From: Solirubrobacteraceae bacterium
GTDB taxonomy: Bacteria; Actinomycetota; Thermoleophilia; Solirubrobacterales; Solirubrobacteraceae
Length of the DNA: 64,000 nucleotides
Assembly (NCBI GenBank): GCA_036490775.1
Contig: DASXDD010000028.1
Coordinates: 9,679-73,678 of the forward strand
Reading direction: 5' to 3'
In this document: positions 13,774 to 24,206 of the stretch, one piece after another
How positions within the stretch are numbered: position 1 is the first letter of the stretch
How the letters are laid out: each line of letters starts with the position of its first letter
Program-made: the position numbers and the translations under genes
Notes under the pieces: model-generated
What the model was told of the DNA's origin: nothing
The model's database searches: none
What the model saw: the letters and a program-made list of their open reading frames with translations, nothing else

Positions 13774-14303
13774 AGCGCCCCGCCGGCCGCCGGCGGCGCC
13801 GTCGGATCGGCCTCGCCGCCGGCCGACACCTCGCGCACGAGGTAGTCCTCGATCTGCATCGGGTTGTCGCCTGAGCGCTGGGCGACCGCGAGCAGCGATG
13901 ACATCGTCGCGACCTCCTCGACCTGCTCCTTTAGGAACCACTGGACGAACTGCTCGCTGAGGTAGTCAGCCTCGTCGCGCGCGACCTCGGTCAGCGCTGC
14001 GATCTGCTCTGACACCCGGCGCTCCTGGTCGAGCCCGAGCGCCACCGGTGCAACGACGTCGTCGAACTCGGTCTCCGGGGCGCTGACCGCGGGGATCGTC
14101 ACCTCGGCATCCGAATCGAGCAGATACCGCACCATCATCATCGCGTGGTTTCTCTCCTCGACCGCCTGCGCGTAGAAGAACGCCGCAAGCCGGGGCAGGG
14201 TCTGCCCGTCGTAGTAAACGGCGTTGGCGATGTACTGCTGCGAGGCAGCGAACTCGTACGCGATCTGCTCGTTGAGGCGCTCGATGAACCGAGGTGCCGC
14301 CAT
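13770..14303 (-). CDS. Ferritin (non-heme)
   Basis: EFAASQQY, EERNHA, EQFVQWFLKEQVEE ferroxidase ligands. Confidence 0.92.
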   Translation of the reverse strand: MAAPRFIERLNEQIAYEFAASQQYIANAVYYDGQTLPRLAAFFYAQAVEERNHAMMMVRYLLDSDAEVTIPAVSAPETEFDDVVAPVALGLDQERRVSEQIAALTEVARDEADYLSEQFVQWFLKEQVEEVATMSSLLAVAQRSGDNPMQIEDYLVREVSAGGEADPTAPPAAGGAL

Positions 14304-14393
14304 CGCTCCTCCTCTTGATCGGAGTGGTGGGCCGGGCCAGACACTACTGACCGTTGCGCCTGATCGGCGGGTGCCACGCTAGATTGCCGAGCA

Positions 14394-15341
14394 ATGTCTA
14401 CATGTCTAATCACCGGTGGCGCCGGGTTTTTGGGCTCGCATCTAAGCGACGAATTGCTGAAGCGAGGCAATCGCGTGATTTGCGTCGACAACCTCGAAAC
14501 CGGCTCGCTGACCAACATCGAACACATCCGCACCGACGACTTCGTGCACCTGCACGACGACATCACCGAGCCGTACTTCATCGACGAGCGGGTCGACTTC
14601 GTCTACCACCTGGCATCGCCCGCATCGCCGATCGACTACCTGCGGCTGCCATTGCACACGCTGAAGGTGGGCTCCTACGGCACCCACCACACGCTCGGGC
14701 TCGCCAAGAAGCACCGCGCCCGCTTTTTGATCGCCTCGACGAGCGAGGTCTATGGCGACCCCAAGGAGCACCCGCAGAAGGAGACTTACTGGGGCCACGT
14801 CAACCCGATCGGGCCCCGCGGGGTCTACGACGAGGCCAAGCGCTACGCGGAGGCGCTGACGATGGCCTACCACCGTCAGCAGGGCGTCGATACCGCGATC
14901 GTCCGCATCTTCAACACCTACGGCGCCCGTATGCGGCCGCACGACGGGCGAGCAATCCCGACGTTCCTGCGCCAAGCCCTCCAGGACCGGCCGATCACGG
15001 TGTTCGGCGACGGCTCGCAGACGCGGTCGTTCTGTTACGTCGAAGACGAGATCCGCGGCCTGATCGCACTCGCCGAATCCGGGTACCACAACCCCGTCAA
15101 CATCGGCAATCCCGAGGAGTTCACGCTGCTGGAGCTCGCACAGACCGTAATCGAGGTCACCGGCTCGCGATCGGAGATCGTCTACGAGGCGCTGCCGGTC
15201 GACGACCCGCAGGTCCGCCAGCCCGACATCTCGCTCGCCCGGGAAATCCTCGGCTGGGAGCCCGAGGTGAGCCTTCGCGAAGGACTCGAGCGCACGATCA
15301 AGCAGGCGGGCGCCGAGGCGCTGGTCGGTGTCGGGCGCTGA
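14394..15341 (+). CDS. UDP-glucuronic acid decarboxylase family (extended SDR)
   Basis: [40 protein letters not shown]. Confidence 0.93.
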   Translation: MSTCLITGGAGFLGSHLSDELLKRGNRVICVDNLETGSLTNIEHIRTDDFVHLHDDITEPYFIDERVDFVYHLASPASPIDYLRLPLHTLKVGSYGTHHTLGLAKKHRARFLIASTSEVYGDPKEHPQKETYWGHVNPIGPRGVYDEAKRYAEALTMAYHRQQGVDTAIVRIFNTYGARMRPHDGRAIPTFLRQALQDRPITVFGDGSQTRSFCYVEDEIRGLIALAESGYHNPVNIGNPEEFTLLELAQTVIEVTGSRSEIVYEALPVDDPQVRQPDISLAREILGWEPEVSLREGLERTIKQAGAEALVGVGR

Positions 15342-15445
15342 GGCGGGGCAGAGGCGGCTGCAGGATCGCTCGCGTCCAACCTCGTAACTTCGTTGTCAAG
15401 ATACCGTTACAACTGCACGGGACCTATGCCTAACGCCGTTGCGCC

Positions 15446-16969
15446 GTGACGATCAGGGAGAGAGAGGCCACGCCCAGTCGTACTAACGGGGCCTCCGACA
15501 TCGAGGCCCAGTTGGTGATGCCCGATCGTGACGTCAGGCGAAAGCGACCGCCCGTCGTCTCGTTCGTGCTGCGGATGGAGACGGCCCGCCGCGTCGCCCG
15601 GGTCCTGTCGCTGCTGATTCTCGACTTCATCGGGGTTGCCGGCGCGCTGTTCACCGCGTTGATGATCAAGCTCGAGGTCCAGGGCAACCCCGACACAGGG
15701 CTGGCCTGGCAGGACACCCGTCACTGGCTGGCGTTCGCTTACCTGATCACGGTGCTGATGTTCGCGCGGGTCGACCTGTACGCCGAGCGCGCGAGACGCC
15801 AGGGGTTCGCCCGGATCAGCACGGCGCTGTTCCAGGCGACGGTGATCGCACTCGTGTTCGCGCTGGCCAACGGCGAGCACTTCTCCAGCTACTACATCTT
15901 CTACGGCTCGCTGTGCATCGGCGCGGTGTACATCTCGAGCCTTCGCGCAATCCACCTGAAGGTCACCGGCTGGATCCTGGCCCAGGCCGGTTACCGTCGC
16001 CGGGCGGTCCTGGTCGGTTCGGGCAAGTACATCGACGACGTCGCCCACGCCCTCTCGAGCCGGGCGCGGGCCGCGGTTGACGTCGTCGGCTATTTCTCGC
16101 TGACGCCGCGCCCCCAGAACGGGCTGCGCTCGCTCGGCAGTCTCGACCAGCTACCCGACGTGATCTCCAACGAGCGGATCCAGGAGGTGATCATCGCCGA
16201 CCCGGAATTCCCGCAGGAGCGCGCCGTCGACCTCGTCGACATCTGTCACCAGCGCGGTGTCACGGTCCACATCGCGCCGACGACGATGGAGATCCTGATC
16301 GACCGCGCCGAGTTCGTCCCGGGGCAGACGGTCCCGCTGTTCACGCTGCGCCCGCCGGTGTTCGAAGGAATCGACTACGCGCTCAAGCGCGCGTTTGACC
16401 TGGTCGTCTCGACCGTCGGGCTGTTCTTCCTGACCCCGGTGCTGCTCGCGATCGCAGTGGCCGTCAGGCTCAGCTCGCGGGGGCCCGTGATCTACCGGTC
16501 GGTCCGCCCGGGGATGGCCGGCAGGCCGTTTCGCTGCTTCAAGTTCCGCACGATGCGCGAACACGCCGACCAGGTGCAGGACGACCTCGAGTCGCTCAAC
16601 GAGAAGTCGGGCGCGCTGTTCAAGATCCGCCGCGATCCGCGCCTGACGCCGATCGGCAGCTTCCTACGCCGCTACTCGCTCGACGAGCTGCCCCAGCTCG
16701 TCAACGTCGTCCGTGGCGAGATGTCGCTCGTCGGCCCGCGACCGCTGCCGATGCGCGACTTCGAGCGCCTCGAGGAATGGCACAAGAAGCGCTATCTCGT
16801 GCTCCCCGGGATCACCGGCCTGTGGCAGGTGTCGGGCCGGTCCGAGCTCGACTTCGACGATCTGGTCCGGCTCGACTTCCTCTACCTCGAGCGCTGGTCG
16901 GTCCTGCTCGACCTACAGATCCTGCTGAAGACGATCCCCGCCGTGCTGACGCGGCGCGGCGCGTTCTAG
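15446..16969 (+). CDS. Priming polyprenyl glycosylphosphotransferase (EPS sugar transferase)
   Basis: Four N-terminal TM segments; KRAFD, FKFRTM, DPRLT, LDELPQL, SLVGPRP, PGITGLWQV. Confidence 0.93.
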   Translation: MTIREREATPSRTNGASDIEAQLVMPDRDVRRKRPPVVSFVLRMETARRVARVLSLLILDFIGVAGALFTALMIKLEVQGNPDTGLAWQDTRHWLAFAYLITVLMFARVDLYAERARRQGFARISTALFQATVIALVFALANGEHFSSYYIFYGSLCIGAVYISSLRAIHLKVTGWILAQAGYRRRAVLVGSGKYIDDVAHALSSRARAAVDVVGYFSLTPRPQNGLRSLGSLDQLPDVISNERIQEVIIADPEFPQERAVDLVDICHQRGVTVHIAPTTMEILIDRAEFVPGQTVPLFTLRPPVFEGIDYALKRAFDLVVSTVGLFFLTPVLLAIAVAVRLSSRGPVIYRSVRPGMAGRPFRCFKFRTMREHADQVQDDLESLNEKSGALFKIRRDPRLTPIGSFLRRYSLDELPQLVNVVRGEMSLVGPRPLPMRDFERLEEWHKKRYLVLPGITGLWQVSGRSELDFDDLVRLDFLYLERWSVLLDLQILLKTIPAVLTRRGAF

Positions 16970-17024
16970 CCGCTTCCGCTCCCGCCCGGTCGGCGAGACC
17001 GCGATTCCCTATGCTCCCGCGTCG

Positions 17025-17675
17025 ATGCCACCGACCGACCGATTCGTGATCACGTTTGCGGCCGAGCCGCCGCAGGAGTCGCTCCCTTACGGCCGCTGGG
17101 CCGACACGCTGCGCGAGCACTTTCGCGCGGCCGTCCGCGAGCTCGACACCGAAGGCGAGGAGATCGGCGACCCCGGCGAGCTCGCCTGGTTCCCCGATCG
17201 CAGCTACGCCGGGCGCACATACGTCCCGGCCGTCGCTCGCACGACCGAGGAGTACGAGCTGTTCGGGTACGTGTCGTTCGCCGAGGGCTCGGGCGGGCCG
17301 AGCGACTTCTTCGCGCAAGTCGACTTCACCTCAGAGCTCGCCGAGTCCAACCCCGACTGGAAGCTCGACCTCAACGACGACGTGATCGGCCGGTGGCGCG
17401 GTGACCTGGGCAAGGCCGCCGATATGACGCTCGTGTGGGGCGTGCCACTGATCCCGGGCGGCGCGATCGTGACCGCCGAGCTCGCCAACCTGGCCGTTGA
17501 CCAGTGCGAGCTCGTCGACGAGCGCTTCACGCTGATCGCGCCCGACAACTACCGCTCGGATTACCTCGAGGTCAAGCTCTGGAGCAAGTCCGGCGACGAA
17601 CTCGCAGCCGAGTCGCTCTACGTCGAGGACGACGAAGGCGAAGACGAAGCCGAGGACGAAGCCGACGAGGAGTAG
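17025..17675 (+). CDS. Acidic hypothetical protein
   Basis: 216-aa ORF with normal GC-rich codon use, TATGCT 9 nt upstream and an acidic tail; no motif recognised. Confidence 0.75.
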   Translation: MPPTDRFVITFAAEPPQESLPYGRWADTLREHFRAAVRELDTEGEEIGDPGELAWFPDRSYAGRTYVPAVARTTEEYELFGYVSFAEGSGGPSDFFAQVDFTSELAESNPDWKLDLNDDVIGRWRGDLGKAADMTLVWGVPLIPGGAIVTAELANLAVDQCELVDERFTLIAPDNYRSDYLEVKLWSKSGDELAAESLYVEDDEGEDEAEDEADEE

Positions 17676-18721
17676 CGCGGGTCGTCCGCCTCGCGGCGCA
17701 GCGCGACCGGCAGCCGCAGCCTGACTTCGTCCGCGGTCAGCGGGAAGTGGCACGCGACCTCGTTCTCCGCGCCCTTTGTCTCCAGCGGCGGGTCGTCGGT
17801 CGAGCACAGCTCCTGAGCCTTGGGACAGCGGGTGTGGAAGCGGCAACCGCTCGGCGGGTTCGCCGGGCTTGGGACGTCGCCCGACAGCAGCTGGCGCTCG
17901 CGCTTGGAGCCGGCCGGGTCGGCAACTGGAACGGCTGACAGCAACGCGCCCGTGTACGGGTGGCGCGGGAAGCCATAGAGAGCATCGTTCGGCGCCAGCT
18001 CGACGACCTTGCCGAGGTACATGACGGCGATGCGGTCGCACATGTGCCGCACGACCGACAAGTCGTGGGCGATAAACACGAGCGTCAGCCCCATCTCGCG
18101 CTGGAGGCTGCGCAGCAGGTTGAGTACCTGGGCCTGGATCGAGACGTCGAGCGCCGAGACCGGCTCGTCCGCGATCAGCAGCTTTGGCTCGAGCGCGATC
18201 GCACGGGCAACGCCGATCCGCTGGCGCTGACCGCCGGAGAACTCGTGCGGATAGCGGTTGTAGTGCTCGGGGTTGAGTCCGACGCGGTCCATCAGCTCCT
18301 GGACCTGCTTCTTGCGCTCGCCGTCGCCCGTGTAGAGGCCGTGGATGACGTACGGATCGGCGATGATCGACCCGACCGTCTTACGCGGGTTCAGCGACGA
18401 GTACGGGTCCTGGAAGATGATCTGTGCCTTGCGATGGAACGCCTTGAGCGCGGAGCCGGATGCCCGGGAGATGTCATCGCCGTCGATGCGGATCTCCCCC
18501 GAGGTCGGGTCGAGCAGGCGCACGAGCAGGCGTGCGGTCGTGCTCTTGCCGCAGCCGGTCTCGCCGACGATTCCGAGCGTCTCGCCTCGGAGCACGTCGA
18601 ACGAGATGCCGTCGACGGCTTTGACCGCGCCGATCTGGCGCTGGAACACGACCCCCTGTTTGATCGGGAAGTGCTTGACGAGGTCGCGGACCTCGACCAG
18701 CGGCTCGCCGGTCGTGCTCAT
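17618..18721 (-). CDS. Oligopeptide/dipeptide ABC ATP-binding protein (OppF/DppF-like)
   Basis: Start MSTTGEPLVEV at 18721; GETGCGKST, FSGGQRQR, DEPVSALD, C-terminal CRFHTRC. Confidence 0.94.
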   Translation of the reverse strand: MSTTGEPLVEVRDLVKHFPIKQGVVFQRQIGAVKAVDGISFDVLRGETLGIVGETGCGKSTTARLLVRLLDPTSGEIRIDGDDISRASGSALKAFHRKAQIIFQDPYSSLNPRKTVGSIIADPYVIHGLYTGDGERKKQVQELMDRVGLNPEHYNRYPHEFSGGQRQRIGVARAIALEPKLLIADEPVSALDVSIQAQVLNLLRSLQREMGLTLVFIAHDLSVVRHMCDRIAVMYLGKVVELAPNDALYGFPRHPYTGALLSAVPVADPAGSKRERQLLSGDVPSPANPPSGCRFHTRCPKAQELCSTDDPPLETKGAENEVACHFPLTADEVRLRLPVALRREADDPRYSSSASSSASSSPSSSST

Positions 18722-19824
18722 GACTCGGCTCCCGACGGAGGCGGCGAGGTCACCAACGGCGCCGCGGCGGCGTCGATGACGTCGCGCTTGAGGTCGGCCG
18801 ACGACTCTCCGGCGCGTAGTCCCTGCCAGACCCGCGATCGCACTTCGGGGGCAAGCAGGCAGGCGACCTCGTGGCCGGGGTCGCCGGGCACGCGCTCGCG
18901 CTTGGGATCGATCCGCATGTGCGCCTCGAGCGCGTACGGGCAGCGGGGATGGAAGTGGCATCCAGACGGCGGATTGATCAGGCTCGGCGGCCTGCCGGAG
19001 ATCGGGACGAGCTCCTCGTCGCGCCGGGTGTCGAGTCGCGGGATCGACTTCAGCAGGCCCCACGTGTAGGGGTGCTGCGGAGCGGAGAAGACCTGCTCGG
19101 CGCTTGCGTACTCGACGATCCGTCCGGCGTACATCACGGCGATCACGTCGGCGATCTCGGCGACCACGCCGAGGTCGTGCGTGATCAGGATGATCGCCAT
19201 CCCGAGCCGCTCCTGGAGCTCTGCCAGCAGCGACATGATCTGGGCTTGGACGGTGACGTCGAGCGCGGTCGTCGGCTCGTCGGCGATCAGCAGCTTCGGA
19301 TCGTTGGCCAGCGCCATCGCGATCATCACGCGCTGGCGCATACCGCCCGAGAACTCGTGCGGGTACTGGTCAACGCGGCGGGACGGATCGGGGATCTTGA
19401 CTAGCGTCAGCAGCTCGACGGCGCGCGTCCTTGCGGCGGATTTCGAGACGCTCTGGTGGGCCTGGATCGCCTCGATCAGCTGCTTGCCGACCTTGTAGAA
19501 CGGGTGCAGCGACGACAACGGGTCCTGGAAGATCATCGCGATCTCGCCGCCGCGGATCGAGCGGATGTCGTTCGTGCCGAGCGTAAGTAGGTCACGTCCC
19601 TCGAACATGATGCTGCCGCTGACACGCGCTCCCTGGGTCTGCGTGAGGCCAAGCGTCGTCAGCGAGGAGACGGTCTTGCCCGAGCCGGACTCGCCGACGA
19701 TGCACAACGTCTGCCCGCGGTCGACCGCGTAGGAGATCCCATCGACGGCGTGCACAAGGCCGTCTTCGGTCGGGAACTCGACGTGGAGGTCGGTGACCTC
19801 GAGCAGGTGCCCATCTTCGCTCAC
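18718..19824 (-). CDS. Oligopeptide/dipeptide ABC ATP-binding protein (OppD/DppD-like)
   Basis: GESGSGKT, FSGGMRQR, DEPTTALDVT, CHFHPRC. Confidence 0.95.
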   Translation of the reverse strand: MSEDGHLLEVTDLHVEFPTEDGLVHAVDGISYAVDRGQTLCIVGESGSGKTVSSLTTLGLTQTQGARVSGSIMFEGRDLLTLGTNDIRSIRGGEIAMIFQDPLSSLHPFYKVGKQLIEAIQAHQSVSKSAARTRAVELLTLVKIPDPSRRVDQYPHEFSGGMRQRVMIAMALANDPKLLIADEPTTALDVTVQAQIMSLLAELQERLGMAIILITHDLGVVAEIADVIAVMYAGRIVEYASAEQVFSAPQHPYTWGLLKSIPRLDTRRDEELVPISGRPPSLINPPSGCHFHPRCPYALEAHMRIDPKRERVPGDPGHEVACLLAPEVRSRVWQGLRAGESSADLKRDVIDAAAAPLVTSPPPSGAES

Positions 19825-20783
19825 GAGTAGCGAACTCTAGGGTCTAGGAACGCGTAGGTGATGTCAACGACGAGGTTTGCGATCACGATGAAGAACGCGC
19901 CGAACAGCACGGTTCCCTGAATCACGGGAAGGTCGGCGTTAATGATGCCCTCGTAGGCGAGCCGCCCAATCCCCGGAATGTTGAACACCGTTTCGGTCAG
20001 GATCGCCCCGCCAAGCAGCGTCCCGATGTCGAGGCCCAGAATCGTGACGATCGGGGTGATCGCGGATCTCATCGCGTGCTTTCCGATCACGCGCCGCTCG
20101 GACAGGCCCTTGGCCCGCGCCGTGCGGATGTAGTCCTCCCCCATCACCTCGATCAGGTTTGATCGCAGTAATCGGGCGTAGAACGCGGCGAAGCTCGCCG
20201 CGAGCACGATCCATGGCAACAGGAGCGATCCGAACCATTGCGACGGATTGGCCGTGAGCCCGGTATAGGTGCCCGCGCCGTCGAAGATCTTGATCACGCC
20301 GATGTCGTTTGCGAACAGGTACAGGCCGACGAGCCCGAGCCAGTAGACCGGCGCCGAGATCGCCAGCAGCGCTCCGCCCATCGTCGCGCGGTCGAGGAAC
20401 GTGCGACTTCGAATCGCCGAGATGATGCCGATCGGCAGGCCGATCATCAGCCAGATGATCACCGCCCCGACCGTCAGCGAGATCGTCGCCGGCAATCGAT
20501 CGAAGATCTCGTGCTTGACCTGCTGCGAGTTCTGGTAGCTGTAGCCGAAGTCGGCGTGCAGGACGACGGCCTTCATGTACCGCCAGTACTGCACGTACAC
20601 CGGCTTGTCGAGGCCGAGCGTGTGGCGGATCTGGGCGATCAGCTGCGGGTTGGGCGACTTGCCCGCGCGGATCACCGCGGGATCGGCCGAGGGCAGCTCG
20701 TAGAAGATCAAGAACGTCACGGCGCTGACGACGATCAGCAGCACGACGACCCAGAGCAGGCGGCGGATTATGTAGCGACCCAT
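19821..20783 (-). CDS. Peptide ABC permease (OppB/DppB-like)
   Basis: YIIRRLL, DYIRTARAKGL, GGAILTETVF. Confidence 0.95.
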   Translation of the reverse strand: MGRYIIRRLLWVVVLLIVVSAVTFLIFYELPSADPAVIRAGKSPNPQLIAQIRHTLGLDKPVYVQYWRYMKAVVLHADFGYSYQNSQQVKHEIFDRLPATISLTVGAVIIWLMIGLPIGIISAIRSRTFLDRATMGGALLAISAPVYWLGLVGLYLFANDIGVIKIFDGAGTYTGLTANPSQWFGSLLLPWIVLAASFAAFYARLLRSNLIEVMGEDYIRTARAKGLSERRVIGKHAMRSAITPIVTILGLDIGTLLGGAILTETVFNIPGIGRLAYEGIINADLPVIQGTVLFGAFFIVIANLVVDITYAFLDPRVRYS

Positions 20784-20799
20784 GGTTTTGGAAGTTCCC

Positions 20800-20831
20800 G
20801 AAGGGGACCCCGCCGTAACGGGGTCCCCTTC
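20800..20831 (-). promoter_or_regulatory. Perfect 13-bp intra-operon stem-loop after the binding-protein gene
   Basis: GAAGGGGACCCCG-CCGTAA-CGGGGTCCCCTTC between the SBP stop (20857) and the permease start (20783). Confidence 0.75.
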
Positions 20832-20856
20832 AGTTCAGTCGACTCGAATTCGCTCC

Positions 20857-22653
20857 CTAGCTGCTAGGCGGTGAGCTCCAGGACAGGTTCCAGTCGTCGT
20901 TCCACGGGTCGAGAACTCCGTGGACCTTGGATCCCTCGACCAACGGGTTGTTGGCCCAGACCTCGGGAATCGCGGCGGCGTCGTCGACGATCTGCTTATC
21001 GACCTGCGCGAACGCCTGCAGGCGCTGCGTCTGGTCGGTGATCGCCGACGCGCTGTTGATCCCGTCGTTGACCTTGGGGTCGTTCAACACGGCCCAGTTG
21101 CTGTTGTTGATCGGGACGATCGCCTGGCCGCTGAACGGCACGAACAGCGCCGAGTACGGGTCGGGGAAGTCCTCGATCCAACCCGCCGTCGGGCAGACGT
21201 TGACGTGGGCCTTGACGTAGCCGCAGAACTTCGAGTACATCGTCTGCTGCGGCACCGCCTTGATCGTCGTCTTGAAGCCCAGCGCGTTGAGTCCGTTCTG
21301 GACGATCTGCATCTCCTGCGGACCTGGGTCGGAGTTCGATCCGACGATCAGGACGCTCGCGTTGCCGGTGTACTTGCCGCTCGGGTAACCCGCGGCCTTC
21401 ATGTACTTCTCGGCGACCGTCATGTCGCCGGCCGGGTGCGAGATGAAGTCCTGATTGAAGCCCGCTGCGCCGCCCGCCTGCTGGTAGCCGGGCACCTCGG
21501 GGTAGATGAAGTGCGTGGCGACCGCTCCGACGAGCTTGCCGCCGCGAGCCAGCAGGTATGCCTCGCGGTTGGATGCCGCGATAGCCGCCTTACGCAGGTT
21601 GATGTTGTTGAACGGCGGGGTCTGCGTATTCAGCGCGGCGTAGTACATGCCGAGCGGTGCGATTGAGAGCTGCGTCTTCTTGCTCTCGTAAGCCGACTTG
21701 AGCACCGCGGCGGGCGGCCCGTCGGCCATCAGCAGGTCGCTCGAGTCGAGCGTCTGGTGAGCCGCGACCGTCGGGTCGGCGCCGGCGTTCCAGACGATCT
21801 TGTCGGAGTACGCGGGGCGCACGCCATCGACCGACCGGCTCCAGTTCGGGTTGCGAACGAGTGTGACGTTGCGGCCCGCGTTGTACTTCTGGATCATGTA
21901 CGGACCGCTGAACGCCTGCTGAGTCGGGTCAGAGTCGTACTTCGACGGGCTGCTCTTGTCATCCGTCGTCCCCAGCGACTCGGGCACCGGGGCCGAGCCC
22001 GGCAGCGTCAGCGCCGCTGCGAAAGTCGCGCCGAAGTCCTTGGTCAGGTGGAACACGATCGTCGTGTCGTTCGGCGTGCTGATCCCGGAGATCGGCTTGC
22101 CGGCGGCCTTGGTGGCTCCGACGATCGGGTAGTAGCCGCTCGCGTAGCCGTTCTGGACGTTCGGGTTGAAGTCGCGCTGGAACGCGTAAGCGACGTCCTT
22201 TGACGTGATCGCCCGGTTCAACGGCGGGCTCCACTTGTAGTCCGGCTTGATGTGCACGGTCACGGTCTTGCCGTCAGAGCTGATCTGCGGCGCACCGGAG
22301 GCGAGCGCCGGAACCGGCTTGCTCGGACTCGTCGGCGTGAACATGTAAAGCGGGGTCTGCGTCGCGTAGACGACGAGGTAGTCGATCTGGAAGTACGAGG
22401 CGCCCGGGTCTAGGTGCTCCCAACCCTCGTTCGAGATCATGTTGAGCGTCCCGCCCGGCTTCTGATCCGAGCTCGGCTTGGTGTTGGCCAGACCGGCTAG
22501 CGAGAGCCCGCCGCCGTTGGCGGTGCTGCTGCTCGAGCCGGAACTGCCACTGCTGGCGGAACTACTCGAACTACTGCCCGACCCACACGCGGCCACGACG
22601 ATCGCACATGCGACCGCCACCACGAGGGCGAGCGTCAGTCGAAACGGACGCAT
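20857..22653 (-). CDS. Peptide ABC substrate-binding lipoprotein (family 5)
   Basis: Lipobox VAAC plus Ser-rich linker; GGTL, LDP, SGPYMI, LVRNPNW, GWIEDFPDP; AGGAGG upstream. Confidence 0.93.
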   Translation of the reverse strand: MRPFRLTLALVVAVACAIVVAACGSGSSSSSSASSGSSGSSSSTANGGGLSLAGLANTKPSSDQKPGGTLNMISNEGWEHLDPGASYFQIDYLVVYATQTPLYMFTPTSPSKPVPALASGAPQISSDGKTVTVHIKPDYKWSPPLNRAITSKDVAYAFQRDFNPNVQNGYASGYYPIVGATKAAGKPISGISTPNDTTIVFHLTKDFGATFAAALTLPGSAPVPESLGTTDDKSSPSKYDSDPTQQAFSGPYMIQKYNAGRNVTLVRNPNWSRSVDGVRPAYSDKIVWNAGADPTVAAHQTLDSSDLLMADGPPAAVLKSAYESKKTQLSIAPLGMYYAALNTQTPPFNNINLRKAAIAASNREAYLLARGGKLVGAVATHFIYPEVPGYQQAGGAAGFNQDFISHPAGDMTVAEKYMKAAGYPSGKYTGNASVLIVGSNSDPGPQEMQIVQNGLNALGFKTTIKAVPQQTMYSKFCGYVKAHVNVCPTAGWIEDFPDPYSALFVPFSGQAIVPINNSNWAVLNDPKVNDGINSASAITDQTQRLQAFAQVDKQIVDDAAAIPEVWANNPLVEGSKVHGVLDPWNDDWNLSWSSPPSS

Positions 22654-22708
22654 TTAGCTGTACTCCTCCTTTTTTCTAATGAGCGACATATCTCCACCAG
22701 GCGTCTCC

Positions 22709-23695
22709 TCAGCGCCTGGCTTTCGGGTTGAGCGCATCCTGCAGGCCGTCGCCGACCAGGTTGAACGCGAGCACGGTGAGCACCAGCGCGAGCCCCGGGA
22801 ACAGCATGTACCACCACGCCGTGTCGAAGATCGGGGTCGCGGAGGCAATCATCTGCCCCCAGCTGGCTGTAGGCGGCTGGACCCCCACGCCCAGGAAAGA
22901 GAGGGCCGCCTCGTAGAGGATGTTGGTCGGCAGAATCAGCGAGGTGTAGACGATGATCGGCGCGACGAGGTTGGGCAGGATCTCCTTGCGCATGATCCGC
23001 GAGTTGGACGCACCCATCGACCGCGACGCTTCGATGAACTCCTTCTCGCGTAGCGACAGCACCTGTCCGCGCACGATCCGGCCGATATACGGCCACGAGG
23101 ACAGCGCGATCACGACGATCAACGTCACCCGGCCCGGTGTGATCAGGCCGCCGAGGCAACCCTTCCCCAGCGAGCACGCGGACGCGAGCCCGATCGCCAG
23201 CAGCAGGATCGGGAACGCCAGCACGATGTCCATCAAGCGCGCCAGCAGCGAGTCGATCCAGCCGCGGAAAAAGCCGGCAGCCATCCCGATCGTCACGCCG
23301 ATCAGCACCGCGATCCCGGTCGAGATGAACGCGACCTCGAGCGACACCCGCGCGCCGTAGATGACACGGGCGAGAATGTCGCGGCCGAGTTCGTCGACGC
23401 CGAACGGGTGTGCTGCACTCGGCCCGAGCGGCTGCCCGAACGGGTCGAGCGCGTTGAGGTTCTGCTGGTAGGGACCGCTTACGCCGAACAGCTTGACGAA
23501 CAGCGGCGCGAAGATCGCGACGATCAGCAGCAGGCCGATGAAGCCCATCGAGATCATCGCTACGCGGTCTGACCGGAACCGCCGCCAGAACAGCTGCAGC
23601 GGCGACCGGGCTGTGATCTCATCGCCCGGGCCGAGGTGGATGCTAAAAGGAGACGCGCCCTCTTCGGCGATCAGTTCGGACGTGCCGATGCTCAT
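22709..23695 (-). CDS. Peptide ABC permease (OppC/DppC-like)
   Basis: HPFGVDELGRD, GARVSL, EFIEASRSMGA, EAALSFLG; start MSIGTSE at 23695. Confidence 0.94.
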   Translation of the reverse strand: MSIGTSELIAEEGASPFSIHLGPGDEITARSPLQLFWRRFRSDRVAMISMGFIGLLLIVAIFAPLFVKLFGVSGPYQQNLNALDPFGQPLGPSAAHPFGVDELGRDILARVIYGARVSLEVAFISTGIAVLIGVTIGMAAGFFRGWIDSLLARLMDIVLAFPILLLAIGLASACSLGKGCLGGLITPGRVTLIVVIALSSWPYIGRIVRGQVLSLREKEFIEASRSMGASNSRIMRKEILPNLVAPIIVYTSLILPTNILYEAALSFLGVGVQPPTASWGQMIASATPIFDTAWWYMLFPGLALVLTVLAFNLVGDGLQDALNPKARR

Positions 23696-23897
23696 CGCAC
23701 AACCAGTTCTTGGCGCGACACCTCGGGTCCTTCCTCCGTCCATCTCCTCCGCACTGCGAGGGTGGAATACCACAACGAAGCGTTCATGTCACTCAGCCCT
23801 AACCGGCCCACAACGAACCAGACGCGCCACGACGGCGGAAACCAACGCCGGCTGGATCGGCCGGTCGTGCGCCGACGGATACCCTCCGTCGCCAGCC

Positions 23898-23969
23898 GCC
23901 CTCGTAGCTCAATGGATAGAGCACGCGCCTCCTAAGCGCGGGATGCAGGTTCGATTCCTGCCGGGGGCA
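23898..23969 (+). tRNA. tRNA-Arg (anticodon CCT)
   Basis: Acceptor GCCCTCG/CGGGGGC-A; D arm GCTC-AATGGATA-GAGC; anticodon stem CGCGC around loop CTCCTAA; T arm GCAGG-TTCGATT-CCTGC; CCA not encoded. Confidence 0.96.
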
Positions 23970-24206
23970 CTCCCCAGTGGCGTACCAACCGTCGGCCGCG
24001 TTCCGGCCGGCAGCCGTACGTCCCGTATGGTCACGGGCGGGACGCTACCAAAAACGTGTGCGTGCGCCGTCATCACCAACCTCTTGGGTAGATCGCCTGC
24101 TAGCTTCCGCGCCACCTCGTGTCGCAGCGCGCTTTAGACGCACGTACGAGCCCGAGATCGCAGTCCGCGAGGCGCGGCTACGCGGCGATTCGGCGCTGAC
24201 CCACCC

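Noticed and set aside
10172-14393. tRNA-Sec (selC) or a UGA-recoded selenoprotein near selAB
   Set aside because: No cloverleaf with a TCA anticodon seen in the intergenic gaps. The TGA codons inspected end complete proteins or form stop/start overlaps. This was checked by eye only.
23898-24206. Genomic island integrated at tRNA-Arg
   Set aside because: No integrase, no duplicated tRNA 3' end seen, and no compositional shift
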